Shown piece by piece: positions 1 through 13,199 of a stretch of DNA of 64,000 nucleotides. Under the pieces are notes generated by a model that did not search any database, had not been told where the DNA came from, and saw nothing but the letters and a program-made list of their open reading frames with translations. The DNA lies in the NCBI GenBank assembly GCA_965285935.1, contig OZ260661.1, positions 108,686,001 to 108,750,000 on the forward strand. The letters run 5' to 3'. The position numbers and the translations under genes were made by a program. This DNA comes from Ophelia neglecta (Eukaryota). Numbering within the stretch: the stretch's first letter is position 1; the number at the start of each line of letters is the position of its first letter.

Positions 1-151
1 AATGAGCATTTATCGTATTAGCCAATCCGACATTCTAGTTATCTGAGTAAATAATCATTATAACTAATATCAATGCATTCTTTTTCACTAGGCCTAATAG
101 GAAGTAATATATTGTTTTAACTCATACCAATATTTGTCTCTAACATTTCAG

Positions 152-3100
152 CCTTCCCGGAGCAGTTCATACCCTGTTTTTCTCCATATTTGGTTTGATT
201 TCGTTGGACAAGTTAAAGATTCAGCCGCCGTACTTTAAAGGTAAGTAAATCATTAATCTTAACGCGGACAATTATGTTCCCATTTTATTTTACGGTCATT
301 ATTTGTATTCTCTCATAAAAAATGTCCTACCTAAGTAATAAGTGTCCCTGGTACTTGATTTATCAATAAGTACGGAATACACTGAAAAATTGTTATTCAT
401 TTTTCAACTACTTAAAATAAAGATCTATTGCTTAGGAACAAATTGTACTCTCATGCCAATGCCTTTTAATTTAAGGAATTAGCCAACAGTATAAGAGGGT
501 TCACTGTACGGGTAATCACGAAAAGCAACTGGTTAAACATTGAAAACAATTACGTGTATGGTTAATTTTCAGTCACGTGACTGGTTTTTTGCTGGGTAAT
601 TGCTCCACAACACTCTCAATATACGTTCATTGTATGTATTTGCACATTTCCCTCCCCTATTGTGTGCCCTATCTGATCAGATACTTTTTAGCCTTTTGCG
701 TTAAGAATTTTCTATAAGCTTAATCCAAAGGGCAAATTCAGTGTCACCTGATCCCTGGGAAAAGTATTCCCATCACTTGAAAGTGTAGACGATTCCGGTG
801 AAACAGGCGAAATTATTAATTGTCTCTTCACCTCTCCCTTCTGCATGCAGACGATGGTAGCATATGTGCCATGGGGGTCCAGTCCCAGTTCTGTCACGGG
901 ATCCCTTCCGAAGAGAGCACGGTGATTGTGGACAGGGTCGGCAAAGTATTGTTCGCTGTCTACCAAGTCACCTGCATTATCGTCCTCGTCAACATGTTGA
1001 TCGCCATGATGTCCCACTCCTTCGAAGCCATACAGGTAGAGTAATCATTAATATTTCTTAATGTTAATGCAAATAGAAAAAGAAAATATGTATACCGCCC
1101 TTCGTCCCAGCACCGTAACCTACCATTTGCAGCCTGAAGCTTCTCTTTGTAATGTATATCAGAGATCAAGGCTGGCTAATTGCCGCTCCCCCACACTAGT
1201 GATATTTTTCTCTACCTTCCTCCCCCCCCCCCCCTCGCAGAGCCAATGTTCAAAGCTGGCTGATCGCTACCCCCCTCGAGATATTCCCCTTTACTGTCCA
1301 TCCCTCATCAAATTATGTATGTATATCGGAATTTGATATCCTTTTATTCTGCCAAGTCCCCCGCGAGGCTTTGTTTTTGCATGTACAGCATTGGCTTATG
1401 ACCCCTTGTCTGTCTTCCTAAATAAATTTGTAATAAGAATGAAAGACAACTTATTTCGTTGACGGAACAATTCTTTCTATAGAGTTTTGATCGCAGTGCC
1501 CTTTCATACTAAGCACATCTGCCATGTGCCTTTGTGTACAGTACGTTCACTTCCGTTAGGCTGGATGATATAGGCCTATGTGCCCGGTGTATTTCTTTAT
1601 CATGTTCATGGTGGTGAGTGGATTTGATTTATTTAGATGCCGCTCGTGCTCGAGAATGGACTTAATACTAATTTAACACAGTTTGATGGTGTGAAGAGAC
1701 GCCCCCCCCCCTTGAGACTAATGTCCTAGGGCATTTTAGTCCAAGGGAATGCTTAGCCGTTGAGTCTAATTTTCTTATATACAGTTTAGTTTCTTTTGTA
1801 TCACTGCCATTTTATTAATAGGCCTATACGACTGGTATAAATACTGCATGTTTAGGCTTTGGGTGAAGCTTTCTGTTTCAAGGTGTGTGGTAGTGGCTTT
1901 TTTACCCTTAATATATCTCGCTACTTAAAGTAACGCGATAAGAAATATGGAGAAATACCAGAGACTCCATCCCTGGCACCGAGAACAAAAATTCTATGAT
2001 GAGACTTATTGTTAGCTTTGAAACATCAACATCAGAAACTGCAACTAAAGTCTCAATAAAACGTTAAGCTCGAAACTTACGAAAATATCTTGTTTATTTT
2101 TGTTCGGTGGGAGGCACAATCTTGTATAATGTCTTACGTGTTCGGTGATATAGTTTCGGAACAGGGGGCACTCTTACAATGACCCTCATGGGAAGAGGGA
2201 CGCTATCAGTTTGCTGCAACGGAACCGCTACAACACAGGGTGGCAAACTAAGGGTTTTCCGTACGTCTGTGTACAGTCCCTTTATATCTTCGTAATTTTG
2301 GGCAGTTTATTGTTGCTTCACTGTGTAAACATTCTTTATAGGAGCTTTATACATGACAACCCGATTGCGTAACAAAACGTGGAAGAATCGAATTGGTGAC
2401 AGCGAAAATATTAAACCTAAATCAATTAAAAAATAGAACAAAACCTTGAGTTAAAACAATAATACATCATAATAATTATTTATAAAAATTATTTTATATA
2501 TAATTATTATTATAACTTTGTTTGTCAATTGAACTATAGCTAGTTTACAGCACGAATGTGCATTTAGTCCTGCACACCTGCACGTACCACGGATAGAGAT
2601 ATAGAAATTTGACAAACCATCAGTATGGCCATCATAACTTTCACATTGGAATTTATGTTATTATATAATTAAATTTAAGCATTTAACCATGAAATAAAAT
2701 AGTATCTTTAATAGGCTACGAGGAATTATTTGAGGGTAAATTGATTTTACGTGAAAGTAAGTGTAAAAGCAACGTGCTGACATCCGCCAGGCAAGTCTCT
2801 GGTATTTTGACAGATTTAGCGCTTTGGGATATGTTGGAAATCACAGAACAACCACTATCTGATAATCTTCCTATATAATAATACAGTAGTGCAACATGGA
2901 TTTCCGGGTTCCTCAACAAACCGATGTGCCTTAAATCTTCACCGATTGTTGTTGAAATATATGTGGTTGTGCTAATGTATGCGAGATTGCGGTGCGCTGT
3001 GTGCGTTTTGCATTCAAAAAGCTTTTGCATTTTGGGAAAATATGTCGTCCGTTTCATTGGCAGCCATACTTGATGCCATATTTGATGTTGCCAAGCAACA

Positions 3101-6100
3101 GCAGTGCATCATGGGAAATACTATTACAGAGCAGAGCTGAGCCTGCCTCCTTTCAACATGCCATGATGATAACTGATAAGATTCAGAGTCAGCCTGTTTT
3201 GTTGACACAATCGATTAACATCTAAATGGCAATCTAAGAGGAGACTGAGGCTATGGTGGTGGTGTTAGGGGGGGGGGGGATGTTGGCAGCCAAGGGGAGG
3301 AGGGTTATCTAAGGGGGGAAGGAGGGGCGGGGGTGGTACCTAGCACTCTAATGCAATGCTGATGTACTGATGAAATGCAGAGAAACCTGTTTTGTTGTCA
3401 CAAGAGATTAACATGTAAATGACAGTTTAAGACTAGACTGAGGTTACAGTGGGGGGGAGGAGGGGGGGGGGAGGGTTAGGCATAAAGCACAAAAGGGGCA
3501 GCCAAGGGGAGGAGGGTTATCTAAGGGGGAAGGAGACTTAATAAAACAGACCTGTCTGGATTGTTCTGTTATTGGCCCATATTTAGGAACCTAAACTTAG
3601 TGCATTTTTTCTCTTTCAATTCTTTTTTCGCGATGTAATTGGTCCATATGTTGGCATACATACAGAATTGACAATGACAGCTCATTGGCCGTATGATCCG
3701 AAATCAATCTGGTGTCAGGCGTATTGGGCGCTTTAATTCCCAGCGTTCGATCAAGGATCAGGCATGGTGTCACAAACTGAACTTCCCTAGAAAGATGGTC
3801 TGTGTGATAATTGAGTGATATTAAAGTGGGTGCACCGTAGCTTATAGATATATATATCATCATCATGTTTTATAGGTCTTTGACAAGAATTTTCACTCCC
3901 GTTTGAGAAAAATAGAAAACATTGAAGTTTTCTTTTTCGATTCTAGAGTCTTATCCGAAAAAACACATTTTGTCAACTTAGAGTATTTATAGGTACTAAA
4001 CACGAATTATTATTAGAGGCTATATATAGCTGTTCTTTATGATGTGATAGTATTGTGTTGCATAACCACTATACATTTTTAAGGCTTTAAAGAATCTTGA
4101 TCACCCTCGAAATATATCCCTCTTTTTATGAAATTTCAAAGCATCATGTGTTTCACATCAGATACCAGATTGGGCTCTGGGTATGGAGTGTGTATAAATA
4201 TATATGCAGATACAAAATTGAGAATGTTACACGAAAATAGCTGGCTGGTGAAGCAGTGAGAGAAGTAGCACCCAGTCACAGAGCAGACATATTTCAAATG
4301 TTGGAAGCAAAGAAAACTGCCTTTATGAGTGCTGCTAAAATGGTTACTATGTACACCATTTTGTCTGTGTGTTCAGATCCTTTCCTTCACTGTGGATTTT
4401 GCCACGGGTTACTGCTAGTATATTATTATAAATATAGGCAGACGTTTATCCTTGTGTTAATATGTGAGTGAAAAATTTAGTATAAGATTTCGCTGTTAGT
4501 ATCTATAATCGCTTTGTCCATCGATGGCTGAATCTTTTAGCATAAAGGCCTATATCATTCTCAACGTCTACTGTTGCCTGTTGCCCACTTGTTTTGTTAT
4601 TTAATCCTATCGTACGTGAACACTATTGAAAACTGCTCAGTGCCAGTGGTATGGTTTTCTTATTTAATTTTGGTGCGTGGACAGAATCTATTATTTCCGG
4701 CCTGTACCTTTCGATTGGTACAACTATATGAGCTGGTGTTAACAACTCCTTACGGATTTCCATCCTTTTCTTTTTTTTTCTGCCGGGTGTACATTTCCCA
4801 TATTTCAGAGGTTTAAACTCCAATACGTATTTTTCTGTAACGCTTATATTACAATGGATTGACTGGTCTCACTATTGTTAATCTCTTTGCCAGGGTGACA
4901 ATGATATGGAATGGAAATTTGCTCGTTCCAAATTATGGATGAGTTACATCGACGAGAGCAGCACTGTGCCTGTGCCTTTCAATGTTATACCAACACCAAA
5001 GAACATTAAATACGCCTTAAATTTCGTTAAAAACATGTTCAAGTGCTCGCCTGATGATGACGAGGAGATCGTGTACGATTTTAAGGTAAATTTGTTAAAT
5101 GTACATCCGCTGTTGTTAGCAGTGATCCGTCTCTAGTCATGATCTTATCTCTACTTTATTACACTGCAACCAACACGTATAAATTCTTATCTCGGGAAAT
5201 GAATAGCTTACCATAACATTGATTGTGGAAGCGTCATTGATCCATCCGTTTATTCGTATCATTATTATAAGAAGTATATATTTTTTTGCCAATTATTTGT
5301 GATACAAGATATCCTGTAGTAAAATTACCAACAATAATCTTCAGGCTCGTAGCAAATAATTATTACATCTGCTACAATCATAAGTCTAAAAAGTATTCCC
5401 ATCAAGTCACCTATTTTGTCGAGATTGTTATTGAGCGCTGCCTTTTTTCCTCCAGAGAAGAAGAGGTAATGTTATTCCCGATTTAGATCCGATCGCCGCT
5501 CGATTCCTGTTACACCGGAAGACAACATATAGCGATATTATACAGCGGCTCGTACGGAGGTACCTCTTTAAACAAGACAGAAAGAAATATGATACCATGG
5601 AACAGGAAAGAGGTATTGACAGTGCCTCATAGGCAAACCAATATTATTTTTTAAGGTCAACAGCTGGTATCAAATGCATGGGCCGAAATATTAAAGCCAT
5701 ACCTCAACCGTGTTTAGACAAGCGATACAAAGATCAGTTAAAAGTGCCACAGTGTGTGTAATATGACCTATGGCAGTAATTGATAACATTGAAAACGGTT
5801 CGAAAATAAGTTGTGGGCATTGCCTGTTTTTTTTGTGTATTTTCTATTCCAGTTGCTCGGGTGGAGGATATTAAGGCTGCCGACGATATCAGCGAGGAAG
5901 ACGTGCTCGAAGTCATCAAGGAAGAGGATAAAAACCCGAGTCAGTGATTAGACAAAAAATATTAATGTGGCAGTATCAATAATACTTTATTTATGTTGAC
6001 AAATTAGTTACTATTACATTAGCGACAATCGACAAAAGAACTCGTTAGATGTGTAGGCTATGTGATATATTGCATGTGTCATATTGACATCAGTATTTAC

Positions 6101-7480
6101 GTTTGGTTCACATAGTTTATGGTAAACAGTAATAGTGCACATTTGTGTTCATTATATTACCGCATGAGTGAGCGATGCTGCCTGAATCCCCGGTGCAGTT
6201 GTCATTTACATATATCCTTTTAATATTATAATTTATAACCCTTCCTAATTATTATCTACATATTGTATTTGTACGTATAATGCCACCCGTTTTGTTTTAT
6301 GCCTTCCGTTCTTTTTTTGATACAGCATTCACGTTGGTTACTCCCAAGGGTCGTTCAAAATCCATGACCGGTAGGCAGTCATTGTTTGTGTGTCTGTTTT
6401 AATGTTTGTGCAGTTCATTCTCTGATTCAGCTTGTGCTGTAGAATCTTCTTTTATCCACCAGTCAAGTTTGATTCCCTTAGTAAAAAGTGGATGTTATCA
6501 TTAAGGGACTTTTTAACCAGGATATAAGCCACTTGTAGTAAAACACCAGGACATTTTTAGTGTTAGTGCGCCCATAAAGGTTTACCGTCGCATATCTCCC
6601 TCTTTCTTAAATTACTACTTGCTACCAGGAAAGTGGTGCAAAAGAAACTGTGTGTACTGCTTTTCCTGATGTTAGTGGCGTGCATAAAACTTCTTGATAT
6701 GAATATTACACGAGAAATGGATAACGTGCGTGTGCCATCTCCGTTTGTCGATATTTTATAGACGAAGCGTTTTTTAAAGAATTAATTTATGCTCATTGGT
6801 TTCCAGAACCAAGTCATCTAGCACTGCCAGAAAGCAACGAGGTGCCTGTTGCTCGTTCTTCGTCTGCAGAAGCTTTAAGACAGCTGACTCGCCGCGCCAC
6901 CATACGGAGGAGTGGTAAGGGATCACGCTCTCCCGGCACCCCAGCTTCAGCCCAGCTTGAGGCCATTCAACGTGGACAGAAACTTCTTGACGCCCGTCTG
7001 CAAGATCTCCAGTCTGTCGGTCGCAATGAGGACGACACCAGTCGTGACAGTATGGATCACCTAAGGCGGATGGTGGGGGAGACCCACAAGGCGATGGTCA
7101 ATCTGGTGAGCGCCGTGTCCTCCCAGCAAGAAGACATCCGAGGAATGACCAATCTAGTTGGTGCCCTCTATCAGAAAACATTGCCCGCCATGGCCAGCGC
7201 CAACGTGGCGGGGCCGTTTTGTGCCCGCTATGCAGGAATGCCCTCACCAAGAACCCAAAGAAATGAGCCCACGGAAGTGGCGGGTAAGTCCCGCCTGAAG
7301 GCCAGCCCAGCCGGGGGCTCGGCTCCTATCCTCCCGGTACCCGAGGACGAAGAGGGGCACAGAACACTGCGGCCTAGTATATACAAGAAAGGTAGAGGTC
7401 GTCTTGCCACCATGAAAATGTCAATGAAGCGGAAGAAGTCTGTGGGGTCAGCGGGAAAAGACGAATCAGCACCCGTATGA
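152..7480 (+). CDS. TRPC-family (canonical transient receptor potential) cation channel, 3' portion from pore helix to stop; 5' exons lie outside the window
   Basis: Phase-consistent GT-AG exons: 152-240 (pore region LPGAVHTLFFSIFGL), 851-1035 (S6 ...IIVLVNMLIAMMSHSFEAIQ), 4894-5085 (TRP box EWKFAR, then VPVPFNVIPTPK), 5456-5612 (TYSDIIQRLVRRYL, the conserved TRPC C-terminal helix), 5853-5939, 6326-6370, 6807-7480 (ends ESAPV*). EWKFAR and NMLIAMM are TRPC hallmarks. Exons 5853-5939 and 6326-6370 rest on splice sites and phase only. Confidence 0.93.
3190..3535. repeat. Diverged ~200-bp tandem duplication within a TRPC intron
   Basis: CCTGTTTTGTTG.CACAA..GATTAACAT.TAAATG at ~3193 and ~3386; GCAGCCAAGGGGAGGAGGGTTATCTAAGGGGG at ~3286 and ~3498. 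Confidence 0.8.
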
Positions 7481-8779
7481 TAATCTAGACTCCACCGCAC
7501 ACAGTTAAATTCTAATATATAAATACAATTTCTCTTATCCTAATTATTCATTTCATGTATAGGTATTCTTAGAACAAAAAAATGTGTGGGCTTATTTTAC
7601 TTCATTTTCACGTTTCAGGGTTAATGAATTAAGACTTATTTGATAGTAAAAATAGTTTCAAGGAGCAGGCTAGACTGTTTCACCAACATTAATAAGTGGA
7701 ATTCAGCTTGGGAACGATAAATTCTATCATTATTATAATAATGTAAACATGCGTGCCTTTATTAAAAAGGTATTTTCAATGCCATTGTCGGGGACATAGT
7801 ATATCTATACCGTCTATATTTTCACGAATTTTCCCAGTAATGACGTTGTATTCAGCACCTGCTACACCACAATAATTATGGTTAACTAACTAGATATTTT
7901 ACTTGGTCCGAACTGGGTTAGATCACTTAATTTACCTAGGAAATTATCCGGTTTAATATGTCCAGCAGGGGATTGCTTGTCAACCAATTTCGAAATTGCA
8001 AACATGTAACGCCAGTTGCGGTTTCTAAAATTGAGCTTCTGTGCAACCGGATGTTAATAAAAACAAATTGTCAACCTTATGGTCACCTGGGTCATCATTG
8101 GCCTTGACCTTTAGAATACAATGCAGAGCCAACTCTGTTAAAAAAAATGTTTAAATATAATTGCGATCATTGTAATAGTAACACACGTACTTAAAGAAAC
8201 ACGTACATATAGAACAGATTATCCCAGCGCGAAAATAACTTTTGTCACCAGAGCTGATGGCCATTAATTATTTTTGCACGGTCACCCTACCCCTGCAATT
8301 GAAACCCTTAATTATATGAAAATGCTTCCCCTTTTCTCCGCGCGATCTAATGGCCGTTAGTTATCGTGACGTCACCAAATCACGAACGAGGTCCGTCTGC
8401 CTCTTGGCGCTTGGCTTCCAAGCGGAGCAGTCATATTCCCCCTTCCCAGAGATTTAGAAAATAATTCTTATAATCTTACTAAAGTAGCATTGGCCATTGC
8501 ACTGAAGCATGACGCTTGGTGCGTATATTCTAGTTAAAGTATCGAATCAATCTCGTGTTAAAAACGGGAACAGGGTTTGTGAAAGCTTTACATTCGTGGT
8601 CAGATATTTATAACTTACATTTTTTTCTTTTGATCATTGCCATTATCAGTATTATTTGTATTTTATTCATATTCAATTATTAATGTATATTTACAATTTG
8701 TGAGTTAGTTTTTAGTTGACAGTAAGTTGTCAAGTAGATCTCATGCATGCATTTTGTTTAATACAAGAAAGCTACTACT

Positions 8780-8909
8780 NNNNNNNNNNNNNNNNNNNNN
8801 NNNNNNNNNNNNNNNNNNNNNNNNNNNNNNNNNNNNNNNNNNNNNNNNNNNNNNNNNNNNNNNNNNNNNNNNNNNNNNNNNNNNNNNNNNNNNNNNNNNN
8901 NNNNNNNNN
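8780..8909. other. Assembly gap (130 N)
   Basis: Run of N bases. Confidence 1.
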
Positions 8910-9699
8910 TTAGTAGCGCCCGGATTAATCCATAAATTACGCTTGGGTACTACATAATTTTAATCATGAATGCTGCTAATCCGTGAACATTCTTGTTTGT
9001 GTCACAGTCTAGGAGAACTAGATTCTCTGGAGAGGCCATAACACCAATTTGGACTTTTACTTAAATCGTAGGCGCGTTGTGATGACTGAAAAGGTAATAT
9101 TCAGTTAGAACGCTATTTTAACTATAGAATGCCAATATCTCCTCCGATATATAGATGAACCATTGGAGCTTTTACTGGGTGAAACACTCCTATAAACTAC
9201 TGAAAAGTAGAAATGGGGATTGGCTTATTTGATAACTTATCCTTTCTTATACTACTATTGTATTACATCACATAATTATTCAAACTAAGCCTGGTGTACA
9301 GATATAAGACAAAATGCTGTTTCGATATTATATGATTATATGTGCCACAAACACAACGCTGTCCAAATGTGGCAATTGAGTAATTTTTCTAAAATATCGC
9401 ATTCACGAGTTATATTTATTATTTCAAATAGAAACAAATATGAATATAATCCTTTTTTTTTCAAGCCAGAACTTGTCAATTTCTATGGAGATTGGTTTCT
9501 CTCTGTTAATTAGTAGGTCCGTTGAGAGCTGATTAAACCAGTGTTCCTGCTCCATTCCTTTTCAACGCTCACATTTTATTGTAAGACTATATAGAGGCCA
9601 ATAATGAAACTTCCACTTATATCCTTGTATACTATGTCATTTAGTGGCTAAAACCCTTGTTACATGTATGTCCACCTTGCACTATTAGCAAGTGAACTC

Positions 9700-10170
9700 A
9701 ATTGACCTTTGAAATGAAGTCAAGGTCAGATGAAGATAACCATTAAAATCCTTTTAAATGACGTGCTGTTCGTATTGAATACCTTGATTACAACTAGTCT
9801 AACTAGTTTTCACCGCCAAGCCCTTACAATACGGGGAATTAAGTCATTGCAATTCGATCGAGAAAATGAGGCCAAGGTCATAATTCCATATCACTTCTTA
9901 TTATAACTTACTATTATTTTATTTTTCGGACCAATGAATTCGATAGACCTACCTTGCATTGTTAAACCATGAAAATGCATTGACAGACAATTTGACCTTT
10001 AAAACGAGGTCAAAGTCGAAATAAAATACCATCGGAAACGCTGTATATAAATTTGCATTAATCATGAATCAATTTTAAAGATCCACCCATCGTACATCTT
10101 TCAGTATATAGATTCGAAACAAAAATATCCTTTGTATAGATTTGACCTTGAAAATGAGAACCAAAGGCAT
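9700..10170. repeat. Degenerate repeat with recurring TTGACCTT...AAGGTCA units, spaced ~140-150 bp
   Basis: TTGACCTTTGAAATGAAGTCAAGGTCA (~9702), AAAATGAGGCCAAGGTCA (~9863), TTGACCTTTAAAACGAGGTCAAAGTC (~9992), TTGACCTTGAAAATGAG (~10142). Confidence 0.6.
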
Positions 10171-11329
10171 ATTTAAGATGACCGCTGTAGTAATCTATGC
10201 ACACGAATTCCTGTTAGCGTTAAATGCATTTAGCATGTTTATCCTTCACCATTAAATCACCAGAGGGTATTTACTGTTAGGATATTAGTTAACCTCACCG
10301 TTTCATCAAACTCATTCAAATGATTAAGCTATATAAACTTTTTGTTGAGAGTTGTTCTACAGTCTACCTACAGGAGCAATATTGGACTAAACGGCCTGTT
10401 TGATTCTTAGGAGAATACGTTGTTTTGAATTGTTGATAAAGATAAAATTGATAAAGGGATCGCGGGTTTTGAGGAAAAAAAAGGAAGAAGCAATTGTAGT
10501 CGGACGGATGACAACGCGATTCGATGAGCTCAGTTTTCAACGTTTTCAAGTGATAACCCCCCCCCCCCCCTTGTCAGAACAAAAATCAATGACCTCCCTT
10601 TTGCTTATTAGTGATAGGGTCCTAAGCTTACCAAGTGCAGTTATCAAAAGGAACTGATCAGCTCGGCTGATTCCAATGTGTAATTATCCTAATTTAGGAG
10701 ACTCTCCTTTGACCTAATTAAATGGCGTAGACGTGTAAAATATATGTACAACAATAGAAAACATCTGTCCTAATCTTTACCACATTCCGACCTTTGCCCC
10801 CGCCCCCATCTGGTCCATAATCTTTTCCAAAACAATGTTTTGTGTCTCTCGTACTGAACCATTATTGCGCTTCCTTACCAACCCATCATGCTGCACTTAA
10901 ATGATTCTTCACTGTGAACGACTTTAAGGCTTGCGCAATGCACATCACAACACACAATATATTGGCGGGATATTAATGCACTTAAACGTTTTAATGCACT
11001 TAAACCTACCTTGGCAAATACATAAGACAGAGTGATAGTGGAGGCGATTTTTTGTGTGGAGAATCATAAATGTCATTGTATTCAAATTATGTTGTCAATC
11101 ATATTTTCTTCCAATGTTAGGCGAATGTGATGCCAGTATCTGATCATAAATTGAAGAATAATGAAGACTCGATATTGATGATCGAAAATTGAAATTTCAT
11201 ACTCGGTGGTTAACTCGAATGGTCCTACTCGAACTTCTGACTCAAAACTCGATATTTTATACTCGGTACTCGGATTTTATATTCGAATCTCGACTATTTG
11301 ACTAGAAACACGATGTTTAGTAACACTTT

Positions 11330-11640
11330 TCTAACACTGAGCCATTGTGCTGCACACACTGATCCATTGTGCATCGCACACTCACCCATAGAACATCTCA
11401 GACTGGCCCAATGTGCTCCTAACATCGACCCATTGTGCCTAACATACAGACACAACGACCTATTGTCCGTCTCACTCTGGCTTATTGTTCTACTCACAGA
11501 ACCATTGTGTCTCTCACACCGACCCATCTGGCTACATATACCGACCCATTGTGCCACTTACACCGACATATAATGCTCCATTCTCAATTCACCAGCCTTT
11601 TGTGGCCTGCACACTGGCCTAATGTGCCCCACTCGTGGAT
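11330..11640. repeat. Degenerate minisatellite built on GACCCATTGTG-like cores
   Basis: Repeated variants gagccattgtg, gatccattgtg, gacccattgtg, gacctattgtc, gaaccattgtg; preceded by an ACTCGA-rich stretch at ~11165-11295. Confidence 0.65.
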
Positions 11641-12199
11641 ATAATTCATTTTTATGACACGCCATACAATCTCCAATGAAGGATAGCTACATTTGAATGC
11701 AAACATTTTTTGTTGTTGGAGGCGGTAGGAAAGTGTAATGGTGTAGCCCACTCTGCCATACATATATACCCTATACATATTATCTCTCTGAATATATATG
11801 AGATGTTATGTAGGCAAACCTGTGTCCGATAGCAGGCCAGGTCGGAAATAGTTTGAGCAAGTAAGTAATAAGCTTTTAGTAAACAAATCGTATACGCCTG
11901 CTATACTGGCTAGCAGGCAGGCTGGAATAATGACTGAAGCGATGCGATATAGCTGGCTGGACGTCAGTCGACTATTGTCAAAACAAACCAAGTGTACATG
12001 TACATACACCAGGGAGAAAATCAACAAACTTTATTTAATGAAAACAAATGCCCTGTATAAGTGCAAGCATGTTTTGATGGGTTAATAATTAGCCTTAACG
12101 TAGGTAAATATATTCCTATTCAAAATTTCCCCCAAAATATGAAATATATCTTTCCTTTTGCTGTTACTTTTGCTTTTGAACAGGCTTGAAGTTTAGGAA

Positions 12200-12609
12200 C
12201 CCGGGGGGGGGGGGGGGGGGGACTTTCCTCGAACATGGGTACATATGTGCCCTGTAAACGTTCATAATAAAGGCGAAAACTCTACATTGAGGCCCTAATT
12301 TTAAGGGTCCAGAACTCTTCATTATAACTAATGATGGGGTCAAACCTCCACATTGACATTAACAATATAGTCAAAACGGTATATGGACCAGCTCGAATGG
12401 ATGGCGGAAATGAAGATTAAAGTGCTACATTTTTTGTAAATAAAGGGTGTTGAATCCCAAGATAATCTACAATGCCCAAAAATGGTAGGTCTCAAAACGA
12501 CATTTAATTGCGAAAAAAAAGTGTGTGTGTGTGTGTGTGCGGGGGGGGGGGGGTAAATACCGCGGCACATGTGACTTACCTATAAGGTAAAAGGAGTGCC
12601 CCCCCCCCC
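12200..12609. mobile_element. Probable non-autonomous DNA transposon (MITE) with poly-G/poly-C termini
   Basis: Starts CCCG(n)GACT and ends GGAGTGC(n), forming imperfect terminal inverted repeats. A similarly structured remnant lies at ~39170-39470. TSD not resolved. Confidence 0.4.
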
Positions 12610-13199
12610 TGCATTTATTTCATTGTATTTTATCCTCTACAAGAATATAAACAGACTTTCGTCTGGCTTATCAATTCTCCATATAAATAGGGTTAACTGC
12701 CAGAGAGAGAGGCGCATAATATTCTTACAAGGACTATATGTATTATTTAAATATCTGTATCGTAACTTCCATTAGAAAAGCTGATTTGAGGGTCCAACTG
12801 GCTCCAATGGGTCAGTTGCAGGCGGATCATTCTCACGAAAAGGGCAGACGGTGCGTGAGCAATATGGTACCTCAGGCGGGTGGTCTCATATCGCAGCATT
12901 TGCCCCGAGCACCCTCACCACGGGTTGCCTTGGATTACTGTTTCACCTACTCACAAGAGAGGTGAAAGAGGGCAATTGCAGTCAAAAAGTAGTAAAAGAA
13001 CTATAGCGGTCAGACTCTGGCGCTACCTCCTGATTTTGGCCGGCGGATCATTGGATAGCCCTATAATATCACCCACTCACGGAGCTACTAGACGAGCGAA
13101 TGATTTTTCCGCAAGAGGGACGAATCTGACTTTTTTAAGTTTATGGTGTTATGGATAGTTATGGTTGGCTTTTGATCAAGAAGAAAGTGGATGACTTAT

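Noticed and set aside
5456-5486. Apparent 10-nt microexon (5456-5465) followed by a GT...AG intron
   Set aside because: The 'intron' would be only 21 nt and reads through in frame (RRRGNVIPDLD), so a single exon 5456-5612 is simpler.
7466-7480. TRPC C-terminus SAPV as a class I PDZ ligand
   Set aside because: Position -2 is Ala, not Ser/Thr.
7228-7500. Antisense ORFs overlapping real exons (also 712-1017, 44343-44585, 44841-45053)
   Set aside because: Shadow ORFs of GC-richer coding exons, with no independent motifs.
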